From Octopus sinensis (lineage: Eukaryota): a DNA stretch of 64,000 nt. This document shows, one piece after another, positions 49,470 through 62,002 of the stretch. A program made the translations under genes and the position numbers. Below the pieces are notes generated by a model. That model had not been told where the DNA came from. It ran no database searches and saw nothing but the letters and a program-made list of their open reading frames with translations. The stretch spans positions 12,028,001 to 12,092,000 of the forward strand of contig NC_043009.1 in assembly GCF_006345805.1 (NCBI RefSeq), written 5' to 3'. The stretch's first letter is position 1; each line of letters begins with the position of its first letter.

Positions 49470-52070
49470 CAGAATTTAATTAAATTAGAACAGATGGACA
49501 CATTAGAATAATTATACCTAAAATCTCCAAGAAGTTAAGGAGATAGACAAAGAACATTCTCTACTTCAGCATAGAAGTTACTAAGATTATCAAGAAGACT
49601 CTGTCTGCCACTGATATTTTGTCTTATGGGGTCAGTTTTAATTTATAGACTAGTTTATCAAATCCCTTGTATATCTAAGGCTGAGAGAACAGAGGGCAGT
49701 ATCTGTTAGAGGTAGGGCTGAGGCAATAGACAGAGATTCTAGTTGGTATAGTCATAAAAAAATCAAGATTTATTATAAGCAATATCATGAGGTTTAGTAA
49801 GGGAAAACTTAAAACAAGATATTAGCTGATAATTAAGGAGGTTGCCCACTAGCAGACTATTGATAATGAAACAGGGCAAGTCTTTTCATATGGTACTATA
49901 GTTAAATATTTTGAGCAATATTGCTATGTATACAGTTAAAGTTTAGGGTTATTCAAAGGATTATTAAGAAGAATATTATAACAAAAGGATAGAAATTTAT
50001 GAATACTTTTGAGTATATATCAAACTTCTTACCACAATAATGGCAGTGCATCAGCATGGCCACAGCTCTGAGCTGAAACTAGAGAGAACAAAAAATAGAA
50101 GGAGGAAAAGAAATTATCCAGAAATAGTTTACATATTGTGTACTTAATTACTAACTCATCAGATGGTGTCTGTGAATATTGATTAATTGGTATATACTGT
50201 TATTAATAAAGGAGTATTGGAGTAAAGCAACATGCTAATTATATGATAATAAAATTTTAATCTAATCAATATTTTTCTATAAGTAGTGAATATCCCAGTA
50301 TAGTTTTATATAAGCTAAGTATGAATTTATTGAGGTACAAAAATTATATTAATTTATAAATAAATAAAGGCTGATTATAAAACAATAAAGAAATAAAATA
50401 AAATAATCAAGTAGGGCAGAACACCATAGAAAAGGAAATAAAATGGCTTAATTACTAATACTATGGTAAAGTATTTGTAGCTTGTTAACACCAATAGAGA
50501 AGATTTTTTAGAAAAAGTATGATAATTCAAAATATATTAAACTAAAAATTATATATTTACTTATTTAGCTAATATCAGTAAAAGACTGATGTTTGGTATC
50601 GGCTAAAGGAATATTTAAGTTATGGAACAATCATATTTTTACACTAATCTTTTTTTAAAATTAAGAGTTGTATTATAGGTTTAAGAAGTTATTATTGTTA
50701 CTCCCTACATGTCATTTATAGTTTCTTAGTGGTACTTGTTTTGAAGAGTTATTTGTATAAAGGCCCTTATAAATACTAAGATCAGGAGGGTAGAGCCATT
50801 TAAGAAAGAGATAAATCAAGTAATTTCTAGCAATCATTTCAAGTTACATTGTCTTATTGTATAAAGTTAAAATGTAGGGTAATCAAGAAGATTATTAAGA
50901 ATGAAATTTTAAGAAAAGGATAAAACTTCTTTGAATATTTTGAGTATATACCAAACTTTTACCACAACAGAGGGAGGAAAAGAAAATTGCATAGAAATAG
51001 TTTTATATTTATTTACTTATTACTTATCTAAATATTAACTTATTATATGGTTTCTATGGAGATTGATCAAATGGAGTTAAATGGTATTTAATAAGGGAGC
51101 AACTGAGGTTAAAGAACATGTCAACTATATACTGATTTAATTAAATTGAACTATTTTAAGTTGTACAGATAGCGGTATTGCCTTATATAACTGAGTACGA
51201 ATTAATAGGGGTACAAGGATCAGATTTATTTAAGGCTACTATAAAATAACAATAATAACAACAACAAAAAGGATCAGTTAGGATAGAGCATCATGGGAAA
51301 AAGAATAAAAACAGCTTAATCACTAAAAACCATAATAAAATAGCTATACCTTATTGACTCTAATAGCAAGTATTCATAGAAAATGTATAATAATTTATAA
51401 GCTAAAAATTGTTAATTAACATATTTAGCTTATTATGATCAGGACCAAAACCGAGTATTGGTTGAGAGAATAATTGTTGTTAAAAGGACATGCTAATCAT
51501 ATACTAATATTAAATTAAGAGGTATAATATAGATTTCAAAAGTTGTGTTAATCCATAAATGATATTACAGTTACTTAGAAGGGCTGTTTGTATAAAGCCA
51601 ATATAAATACCAAAATTAAGAGTATGGAACACTTTAAGAAAGGGGTAGAAAAACTTAGTTATTAAAACTATTTTAAACAATATGTCATTATTATATAAAG
51701 TTAAAATTTAGGGTTATCAGGAAGATTTATCATTGAGGTGAGACAAAAAATTTACTATAAATTAGTTAAATTTTAATTTAGGCAGTTTACTTTTAGCAGT
51801 TTAATTTTAAATTGTGAAGATACCTCTATTATTATTTATAAGCTAAATATGGATTTATAGGGGTACAAAAATTTAGGTTTTTCTAAAGGTAATTATGAAG
51901 TATTAAAATTATCGGGTAGGGTAGAAACACCATGGGAAAGGATATAAAAGCTTAATCACTGAAATCATGATGAAGTATATATACAACTTAGTAACTTCAA
52001 TAGAGAAGATTTATAGAAAATATGTAATAATTCAAGTATTTAAAATTAAAAATTGTTTATATATATTTAT
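49470..52070. repeat. AT-rich diverged tandem array, 3-4 units of ~0.64-0.93 kb, origin unknown
   Basis: Recurring anchors at 49713/50412/51279/51917 and 49935/50866/51700; essentially microsatellite-free; no ORF in the supplied track. Confidence 0.85.
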
Positions 52071-53456
52071 CAGGCATGGGTATATGGTAAGAGGATAGCT
52101 TTGCAATCATATGGTCCCTGGTTAACTCCTACTGCGTGGCCCCTTCGCCAAGTGTCTTCTGGTACATCCTCGGGCCAGTCAGTATATATATATACTTCAC
52201 CTTCAAAACGCAGAGTAGATGAAACCATGGCGACTGAAGAAGGGGAATTTTCCTTGTGTTATTTGTCCTGTACTCTATTTATTTTGTTATTTAAGAAAAA
52301 TGTCCAGTTCCTTGGGTTTGTGTCTATGTTTTCGTTTCTCATTGTGTTCGATGTTTTTTGGTGTCCTGTACCCACATATGCATGTATATATACATATAGA
52401 TGTAGGTACGTACATATATGTATGTATATATGCATATGTTTTATTTATTAATTTGTTATATATATATACATAAAATGTAAGTTTTAACTGCTATTTCTAA
52501 ATTTCAGTATGTGGTAAAGCAAATTTTTGCTTAACCCTAATTATAACTATACTCATAATTATAAAATTTTATATATAAGTTTACCGATAATGGTTCTTTT
52601 AACAAACCGAACTACTTGCTAAAATTATTAATTATTAATTAATTAATTTGACCTTTATTATTATGGATATATATATGCGATGGGCAAATTATAACCATTT
52701 TATGTTTTTAATTTCGCCCATGTCCATTGTTTGTTTTAGATTTTGTTGACTGGACGCATAGTATGGTAGGATCAGTTGGGCACCCTCTGTGAGAACAACA
52801 GCAACATGACGCAATTCACTCTGTCAGAAATTTGGAAACGACTTGCTGTACTGCTTGGCATGTGGGTCAGAAGCTAGAATATGAACATTTCAGAGTATTT
52901 GGGTGTCACCACACCCTGTGTATATATAATTATATATATGTGTGTGTGTCTTTGTGTCTGCATTTGTCCTCCTCAACCGCTTGATAACCGGTGTTGGTGC
53001 ATTTACGTCCCCGTGAGACTGATAGAATATACACCAGGCTTTAAAATGTTCTGGGTTCAATTCATTCGACTAGATCTTCAAGGCTGTGAAACAAATAAAA
53101 GATAAAATATATAGATTATATAGGCACAAAATAACGTCTTTTACTCTTTCTCCCTCTCTCCCTCTCTCTCTCTCCTTCTCTATACAAACATACAAACATG
53201 ATGTAGTTCTTGCACAAATGCTGGCCAGATGGTGATTTCGATTCGCAGATCGGCTGTGCATTGCATTCTTAAGCAAGACACTCTTTTCCACTTTGCTTCA
53301 GTTCATGCAGATGCAAATGGGTATCACTGCAGTGGTCTGGCGCTCCGTTGAGATGGACTGTTTGCCTGCGGTGTGGGAGCATTCGAAAGTTAAGACGTTA
53401 AGACAATGCGAGGAGCCGCACCAGCAGTACACATATCCGATAATCGATATCATGAT

Positions 53457-53504
<48 letters not shown>

Positions 53505-53510
<6 letters not shown>

Positions 53511-53665
53511 GTCTGGGGAGAGTCATTTTCTTTTTGTACCTTAAAGGTTGCAAAATGCAACGAAAATTTTTAAGAAAATAAAAATAACAAATAAGTGGAA
53601 ATTTTACCGGTGAGTGTGTTACATTATATGGCACAAAAAGAAAATGACTCTCCTCAGACACAACA
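53505..53665. repeat. 36 bp inverted repeat pair starting at a (TA)n run
   Basis: 53505-53540 versus 53630-53665, 34/36 matched. Confidence 0.88.
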
Positions 53666-53818
53666 GAATACAATATACGTATTATGAAACTATTCCGTAT
53701 ATTACTTGAATCTGAAGTTTTCAAGTGAAATAATTGAGTTCCAATGAAACCAAATATACTTTTGTCAACAATAATTCTAGATAATTCCTAGCTACTTTTA
53801 TCCTGGGCAAAGCCGATA

Positions 53819-53884
<66 letters not shown>

Positions 53885-53894
53885 ACACACATCT

Positions 53895-54610
53895 GGTCGT
53901 GCGGAAGTAGGTAGAAATGTCCATAGGTTGACAGTGAACAGTTGTGAAATCTTGCATGCATTAATTACAGCTTTTATTATTAATTATTTCTTTCCAGGTA
54001 AACTGATATCTCACTGTTCAAAAAATTTTTTAAAAGAGACACCAACAGTAACTAGTTACGATTTCTCTTGAAAATGGGCAAAGTTTGGCATTGGGTGTAA
54101 TCAAGTGGAAAAAAAGGTTTTAGCCCCCAACAACATTCATGCCGACATGGTTTCTCTATTAGGGGATGATGCTTCAGTTTTGTAAGCAGTGCAAAAGTGG
54201 GCAGACAGCTGAATATGTGAGGGGAAGAGAGAGTCTTGAAGATGATCCAATCTCTGGTCTGCCATTATCGAGGAAAACATTGATCGTCTTCGCCATACGG
54301 TGATGGATGAACAGGCGATTGACTATAAATCAAAATGAGAGAGTTGAGAGTATTCTGCACAATGGACTTGACATGACGAAAGTTCCTGATCGAATGGGTG
54401 CTACGTCTTCTGACACCTGATCAAAAGTGCACCAGGCTGACCATATCACTGGAAAATCTGAGATTGCTTCAGGCAGATCTTGCTGGTTTCTTGAACGTTA
54501 CCTAACCCAGGATGAGTGTTGGGTTCAATCACTTTGAGCCAGAGACAAAGAGACAATCCATGCAGCGGAAACACCCCACTTCACTTTGCACAAAAGACTC
54601 CAAGGGAGAC
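53895..54610 (+). mobile_element. Mariner 5' half, decayed
   Basis: NIHADMVSLLGDDA; RESLEDDP; EENIDR; WV-RLLTPDQK; FLERYLTQDECWV; HFEPETKRQSMQ. Confidence 0.85.
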
Positions 54611-54757
54611 CATGTCGAAAACTAATCCTTATTTGGCCACATTTCATGAAAGGATCCTAGTCAGCCTATGAACTTCTCAGCCGACCCGCGTTTGTATGTA
54701 TGTATGTATGTATGTATGTATACATACATACATACATACATGCATACATACGTATAT

Positions 54758-55148
54758 GCGCAGGAGTGGCTGTGTGGTAAGTAGCTTGCTTACCAACCAC
54801 ATGGTTCCGGGTTCATTCCCACTGCGTGGCATCTTGTGCAAGTGTCTTCTACTGAAGCCTCGGGCGACCAAAGCCTTTTGAGTGGATTTGGTAGATGGAA
54901 ACTGGAAGAAGCCCGTCGTATATATGTATATATAAATATATGTGTTTGTGTGTGTGCTGTTGTTGTTTTTCCGCCCACCATTGCTTGACAACCGATGGTG
55001 GTGTGTATACGTCCCCGTAACTTAGCGGTTCAGCAAAAGAGAAGGATAGAATAAGTACTAGGCTTACAAAGAATAAGTCCTGGGGTCGATTTGCTGGACT
55101 AAAGGCGATGCTATAGCATCATGGCCACAGTCAAATGACTGAAACTAG
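54758..55148 (+). mobile_element. SINE family B, full copy
   Basis: Head to tail. Confidence 0.9.
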
Positions 55149-55172
55149 TATATATATATAATAATATATATA

Positions 55173-55215
<43 letters not shown>

Positions 55216-55223
<8 letters not shown>

Positions 55224-55535
55224 AGTGAATTGAAGAAATGGAGTTGAACGAAGATTGAACAGAAATCGTTTTAATGCATTCTACACGTGTTTCGAAAGCC
55301 ACAATTTACCAAATTCGATTGAATAAGGAGACCATATTGTGTCTTTCTCTTCAGGAAGAAATAGGAATTCCGTTGGCAAAAACAAAAACAGAACAGAGGC
55401 GCAGCAAAACAAATCGAACGAGGCTCCTAAGAGCCCTGGCCAAACTGTTTATCAATGTATGTTGAAATCGGGTGGTGGGTGCGTTGAAGATTTTAATCTT
55501 CGTTCAACTCCATTTCTTCAATTCACTAATAATAT
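55216..55535 (-). mobile_element. 320 bp cassette with perfect 41 bp inverted ends, containing a hammerhead motif
   Basis: 55216-55256 is the exact reverse complement of 55495-55535; starts at the end of a (TA)n run. Confidence 0.85.
55277..55359 (-). ncRNA. Type I hammerhead ribozyme motif, fully canonical core
   Basis: TCTTC-CTGAAGA-GAAAG.CACAAT...ATTGTG.CTTTC-GAAA-CACGTG-TA-GAATG; predicted GUA cleavage between 55282 and 55281; stem I short (3 bp plus wobble). Confidence 0.78.
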
Positions 55536-55734
55536 TAAAATTCAATTATCTGCACCAACGCACGGTTGCAACACCATATGGTCGTACCTCCAACCGTGCT
55601 GTCTTCTGCTGTGATTTTTGCTACCAAGGTATCGATTAAACTTTTGATTAATCTGCAACAAGATTATTCATCTTTCTATTTCACCAAATATATATATATA
55701 TTCACTCGCAAACGCACGCACGCTTGTATTTGTT

Positions 55735-55954
55735 TCAATCATTTTGACTGCGGCCATGTTGGAGCGCCGCCTTTAGTTGAACAAATCGATCTTCGAACTT
55801 ATTCTTTGTAAGCCCAGTACATATTCTATCGGTCTCTTTTGTCGAACCGCTATTTTAAGGTGACGTAAACACACCAGCATCGGTTGTCAAGTGATGGAGA
55901 GGGACAAACACAGACACAAACATATACACACATAAGTGTGTGTATATATATATA

Positions 55955-56002
<48 letters not shown>

Positions 56003-56260
56003 CGGCGGGATTCTTTCAGTTTCTGTCTACTAAATCCACTCACAAGGCACCACGCAGTGGGATTGAACCCGGAACCATGTGATTGGTAAGCAAGCTACTT
56101 ACCCCACCGTGACAGCCATTCCTTCGCCTATTTATATTATACATATTTCAAATTCCGCCGAAGTCGACTTTGCCTTTCATCCCTTCGGAGTCGATAAATT
56201 AAGTACCAGTTGCGTACAGGGGTTGATCTAATTATTACTGGTCCCCTCCCCCCAAATTTT
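55735..56260. mobile_element. SINE B (minus) followed by SINE A fragment (plus)
   Basis: Family-diagnostic motifs. Confidence 0.8.
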
Positions 56261-56918
56261 GACGTACGTGTGTTTGTGTGCATGTAAGCATGCACGTATG
56301 CGTACGTGCGTGTGTATCTCACGCGCAAAAAACACATTCTTGTTTGTTACATAATCCTCTTTCTAATCACTTTTAAATCTTTTAATTTTATCCTATTTTC
56401 TTTCTCTTCTCCTGTTACCCCCCACAACAACCCTACACCTCTTACTTTCACTCACTCACTCACTCAATCACTCTCCCTCTCTCTTTACTTCTGTCATGTT
56501 CTCACTCTTTGTTTCTCTGTTCTTCATTCAAATCAGTTTTTTATTTTTATTTCTTTAGCAAATAAATGATTAAATAAAAAAAATAAACGAATGAAATAAA
56601 TAAATTAGCCTTATCTCGATTTCCCTCTCATTTTCCTTCATTTTTTTCACTGTTTCGCATACTATTTCTTTTATTTTCAATCTGTTAAGCACTCCCTGTC
56701 TCTCCCCCTTCTCTCCCTCTGTCTCCCCTTCACTCTCTCCCTTTCACTCTCTTCCTTTCACTCTCTCCCTCTCTCTCTATCCTGCTTCTTTTTTGTTCTA
56801 TGTAATTAATTCCCTTTCTTTTCCTGCGTGTTTTCACCGCTCACTATCTCTCTCATGTTCTCCTCTCCCGCTTTCCGTAGCACACACACACACACACACA
56901 CCACCACACACACACACA

Positions 56919-56949
<31 letters not shown>

Positions 56950-57257
56950 CTCATACACAAGCACACACATGTATATACTACACACACACATACACATTCA
57001 CGTTTGCTCACACTCGTTCTCTTTCTCTTTCTCCTTAACTCCCTCTTCTCTATCTTTCTCTGGTTCATTCTCCATCTCTCCTTTCATGACCCTTCTCAGT
57101 AACCAAACTGCAAGAACAGCATACAGAGCGCACCCTGCATTATCAGGGGCCCCGCATTAAGTGTTTTATTACGGCAATATTCTTTCGCCTTCAGCATGTT
57201 TGAATGTTGATTCAATAGTTGGAATACTTTTTGAGGTTCAAAGCATTTTATATTAAA

Positions 57258-57630
57258 CTAGCAGTATGACCCGGCGTTGCCGGGTCATAGTGCTAGTGCA
57301 TGCATATACAGCTGTGTGCGTGCGCACATACACGCGATTACTGTCCAAATCTCCGACCAATCACATACAGCTAGCTGGCATTCAATTGGCGTATCAAGCT
57401 TCGGGCATTTTGATTGGGTTTTGGATAGAAAATTCACAAAATGTCACCTCTATTGATTTTTTAATGGCTTTGCAGGGTGACTGGGGAAATGTAAAGATGT
57501 GCACGACGACCCTTGGACGGTTTTGAATGACCACAGAAAGTGCGAGCCCTTTAACTGAAAAATTGTGGATTTGTATAAAGGATACACACACACACACGCA
57601 CAGACATTTTGCCGTTTATATATATAGAGA
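57258..57630 (-). mobile_element. Non-autonomous Helitron-like element, copy 2
   Basis: A|TC...CTAG|T termini; homologous to 45233-45584. Confidence 0.85.
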
Positions 57631-57874
57631 TGCTTCTAAGCTATAAATTCCGAGTTAGTGATTTTGAATTTTCTCAATTTCTACGTAGCACTATACTGCT
57701 GTTGACTTTTATGAAGATCTGGGTGTCCAAGGTTGTTCCAATTTTTGGAATGCTTCTGAGATCCAATATATTTTCAATTAAACAAATTTCAGTGTTCAAG
57801 TAAGACGGTAACGAGAGCTGGGTAGATTTACTTCATTTTTGCTAGATGAAATTAAATTACTAACATACAGTCCC

Positions 57875-58861
57875 ATAGTAGCACCTTGGGCAAGTGTCTT
57901 CTACTGTGGCTTCGGGCCGACCAAAGCCTTGTAAGTGGATTTGGTAAACGGAAACTGAAAGATCGTCGTATACATACAATATGTGTGTGTGTGTTTGTCT
58001 TCCACCATCATTTGATTGCCGGTGTTGGTGTGTTTACCTCCATGTAACTTAGCGGTTGTGAAAAAAACAACGATGAGATAAGTACTAGGCTTATAAAAGG
58101 AAGTACTGGGGTCAAGTCATTCATCTAAAAATTCTTCAAGGCAGTGCCCCAGCATGGCCGCAGCCTAATGACTGAAACAAGTAAAAGATAAAAGAAAATA
58201 ACGATTCTAATTAACAGCCTTGCGATTATTAAAGCAACAATGAGTTCAAATCCTTCGAAGGTTGATATTGCTTTCCATCGTTTCGAGGTCGAAGAACCAG
58301 GTCTGGGGTTGATGTAATTGACTTATCCCAACCCCTTAAAAATTATTGTCGTTTTCAAAAATTAGAAAGAATTATTAAGGAGATAATCTGGCAGAATCGT
58401 TAGCACACCGGGCAAAATGCTTCGCGACATTTTGTCCGTCTTTACATTCTGAGTTCAAATTCCGCCGAGCTTGATTTTACCTCCAACCATTTTGAGGTCG
58501 ATGAAATAAATACCAGTTGAGCTCTGGGGTTGATAAAATCGAGTTACCCCCCCTTCTCTGAATTGGTTGTCTTTTGCCAAAATTGGAAATGTTATAATGA
58601 TTACATAATGTCAAGTCAGTGTTAGTGATTTCATTAATGATGGTTTCAAAAGTCTTTTACTCTTTTACTTGTTTCAGTCATTTGACTGTGGCCATGCTGG
58701 AGCAGCGCCTTTAGTCGAGCAAATCGACCCCAGGACTTATTCTTTGTAAGCCTTGTACTTAATCTATCGGATCTCTTTTGTCGAACCGCTAAGTTACGGA
58801 GACGTAAACACACCAACATCGGTTGTCAAGCGATGTTGGGGGAACAAACACAGACACACAA

Positions 58862-58911
<50 letters not shown>

Positions 58912-59085
58912 GCATTTATACGACGGGCTTCTTTCAGTTTCCGCCTACCAAATCCATTCACAAGGCTTTGGTCGGCCCGAAGCTGTAGTAGAAGACACTT
59001 GCCGAAGGTGCCACGCAGTGGGGCTGAACCCGAACCATGTGGTTGGTAAGCAAGCTACTTACCACACAGCCACTCCTACGCCTAT
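57875..59085. mobile_element. SINE cluster: B (plus, 57875-58195), two degraded A (58200-58600), B (minus, 58655-59085)
   Basis: Family-diagnostic motifs. Confidence 0.85.
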
Positions 59086-59724
59086 TATAACTTATTACTG
59101 ATTACTAAAACAAACATCAATATATGTATAAACACACGAGTGGCTGCTAAAAAGCTCCTGGCGTTGGGTAAAAGAAAATATATGAGGACCATCAGTTTTT
59201 CTAAGTCCTGTAAAAAAACTCGGAAGGTTGGGGGTCCAAAGTGGCCTTTCGCGATACCCTTAAAGTCAGGAACTCTTCAGCACCCAGTCTGAATATTGAC
59301 CCACATTAGATAAGTCAATATATATATATTGACCTATCTAATGTGCAGATAGAGCCTTGAAAATAATTTCTAATTCATTTTAAGATTCCTTCATAATATA
59401 TGCTAGAGTTCCTGCACAAGCATAATCCAGCCTGCAGCTCATCTAACAAAACCATTTACTTCTTGGTACAAACTCTCTTCTCCTCCCACTCACTTTCACA
59501 AGCACACACACACACATACACACAAACACACAAACACACAAAGCCAGACACGCACGTTTAAATGAACTCACACAGAGCCTGCAACAGGGGGAGTTCTGCT
59601 AGTACGTAATATAACTTCATTTCTCACATGATATAATCATCATCATTATTTCTTTAATATCTAAAAAGAGAAATCGGAAAATCGAGATCGAGCGCGCTTT
59701 TACCCTTTTGCTCGACGTGTGGTT

Positions 59725-60109
59725 TCTGTTTGTTTGTTTGTTTGCTTGTTTGTTGAGCGAAACGGTCTTCGTCCTGGGAGAAGTCCGAAACGTGGTCCTT
59801 TGCTATTTGTAAGACCCGCAGAAGAGAAAGCAGATCAGCTCCCGACACCGAGAGCATCGATGGATGGATGAATGCGCATCCAGATTCAGCGGTTGCGTAG
59901 GAAGTCGGGGACAAGAAAGAGAAAGAAAGAGTGAGAGAAAGTTGGAGCGAAAGAGTACAACAGGGGTCGCCACCACCCCCTGCCGGAGCCTCGTGGAGCT
60001 TTAGGTGTTTTCGCTCAATAAACATACACAACTCCCGGTCTGGGAATCGAAACCGCGATCCTCCGACCGCGAGTCCGCTGTCCTAACCACCGGGCCATTG
60101 CGCCTCTAC
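59725..60109 (-). mobile_element. SINE family C head and body with a different 3' tail ending in (CAAA)n
   Basis: 59930-60109 matches 9465-9646; 59725-59905 is unrelated to the tail of the 9.3 kb copy. Confidence 0.85.
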
Positions 60110-60424
60110 TTGTGGTTTCTGTCCAGCTGGGCTCGCTGTGGGACACCTGTTTTAACTTTTGACAGATTTACCAGTCTCATTCAAATTCCCCGACCGACAC
60201 TGTTCTCGACTAAGAGTCTATGCTCATATGATATAACCCACCACCATCATTTCCATAATATTAACAATAGCAAAATTTAGTTGATTTTGCTATTGTTGTT
60301 TAACCACAGAGCAACACTGACTGAGTCGACCCATAATCAGAGGCATTCCAGCCTTACCCACAACGTCTTTTAGAGACATCTATAATTACTTTATCTAACG
60401 TCCACGGGCATATGGCATAGAAAA

Positions 60425-60575
60425 ACTCCGTCGAGGTCGACTTTGCCTTTCATCCTTTCGGGGTCGATAAATTAAGTACCAGTTACGCACTGGGGTCGAT
60501 GTAATCGACTTAATCCTTTTGTCGGTCCTTGTTTGTCCCCTCTGTGTTTAGCCCCTTGTGGGTAGTAAAGAAATA
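60425..60575 (+). mobile_element. 5'-truncated SINE A with long tail
   Basis: Core plus GGGTAGTAAAGAAATA tail. Confidence 0.85.
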
Positions 60576-60855
60576 TATAATTACTTTATCTAACGTTTCT
60601 TTTCTTACTTAAGAGATAAGCTTGTGGTTTCGGGCTGATGTGGTTGCGATTAATAGCAGTTAAGCAACCACAGATACTTTTATGCTTAATTTTGTTGTTC
60701 AATTATTTCAAATCATTAAGCAAGGCATTTAAAGATAATCATCTTCCTTCCTTGCTTAATGACAGTAAGTTGTGTCTGAGGGGTATATGGCTATTGTTAC
60801 ACGAAGGTCGCGAACTGCCGTTCTTATTTACAGAATTCAGTGATTCAAAGGTTCC

Positions 60856-60900
60856 TTTAACTGAATAGACAAAATCATGTCGAAACACAAGTGTCTCAAA
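60856..60900 (+). ncRNA. Compact type I hammerhead motif (G8 to U)
   Basis: TTTAA-CTGAATA-GACA(AAATCA)TGTC-GAAA-CAC(AA)GTG-TC-TCAAA; GUC site after 60895. Confidence 0.6.
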
Positions 60901-61189
60901 ATTTCCTCCCCGTCACTTATGCTCATGGATCGTCTAAAGGGCGAATTTGTTCTCTGAAGGTGAAATGCAGCATGGATTAGCATATGCATGTTCAAATCCT
61001 ATGGAATGTGTTAAAAATTTATTTGCACGTCATTGTCTTCAATTTCACTTTATTGCGGATTCGTAATAATTCAATTTTTTGCAGGAGCCTGATTTTGAAA
61101 TTAATGTTAAGAGGTTTGTAAAATCGATTAAATCGGTTTTAATCCGTCTTAATATCCGAAAAAAACGAATCAGGAACACCAATAACAAT

Positions 61190-61244
<55 letters not shown>

Positions 61245-61435
61245 GGTGCTGCTGCTGCTGCTGCGACTACTACTACTACAGCGGCCGCCACCACAACCAC
61301 CACCACCACCACCACCACAACCACCACTACTACTACTACTAGTGCTACTACTACTACTACTGCCGCCGCCGCCGCCACCACCACAACCACCACGACCACC
61401 ACGACCACGACCACGACGACGACCACCACCACCAT

Positions 61436-61478
<43 letters not shown>

Positions 61479-61762
61479 GTTGGTGTTACTGTTATTGCAA
61501 TCACAAGTATGACATATTTCTTGTAGTAGTAGTAGTAGTAGTAGTAGTAGGGTTACCTAGATGAAATATTTAATAGCATTGTTACTTTTGTTTATCCCTG
61601 GGCGTCAGTCCTGATTGGGTAGATCTAAGTTTAAACGCTTTCCAGCCGTGAATACTACTCCTTTTCATTTGTTTTTCAATGAGAGAGCGTATGAACTGAG
61701 GGCGACTTGGCAACCATCTCTTGCAGACTCCCTCTCTCTCTATTTGTCTTCCTGTCTGTCTA

Positions 61763-61827
<65 letters not shown>

Positions 61828-61971
61828 GTCTGTCTGTCTGTCTGTCTATCTGTCTGTCTATCTGTCTGTCTGTCTATCTGTCTATCTGTCTGTCTATCTG
61901 TCTGTCTGTCTGTCTGTCTATCTGTCTGTCTGTCTATCTGTCTGTCTGTCTGTCTTCCTGTTTATCTATCT

Positions 61972-62002
<31 letters not shown>

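Noticed and set aside
51241-51270. TAA/CAA run as ciliate-style poly-Gln
   Set aside because: AAT/AAC microsatellites are common throughout the window, and it is not in the frame favoured by the unit alignment.
49470-52070. Array as a mitochondrial insertion (NUMT)
   Set aside because: No mitochondrial gene, rRNA or tRNA motif recognised; stops in all frames even with TGA as Trp; skew (A-rich with G above C) does not fit the A+C-rich major strand I recall for octopus mtDNA.
49470-52070. Array as tandem 7TM receptor pseudogenes on the minus strand, or repeated PLE RT core
   Set aside because: Hydrophobic runs follow from T-richness; no spacers between units; the MG...RKYV likeness to RT motifs lacks the DD.
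50130-52260. CTGATGA at ~50158 (minus) and CTGAAGA at ~52230 as hammerheads
   Set aside because: No GAAA after stem II and no stem I.
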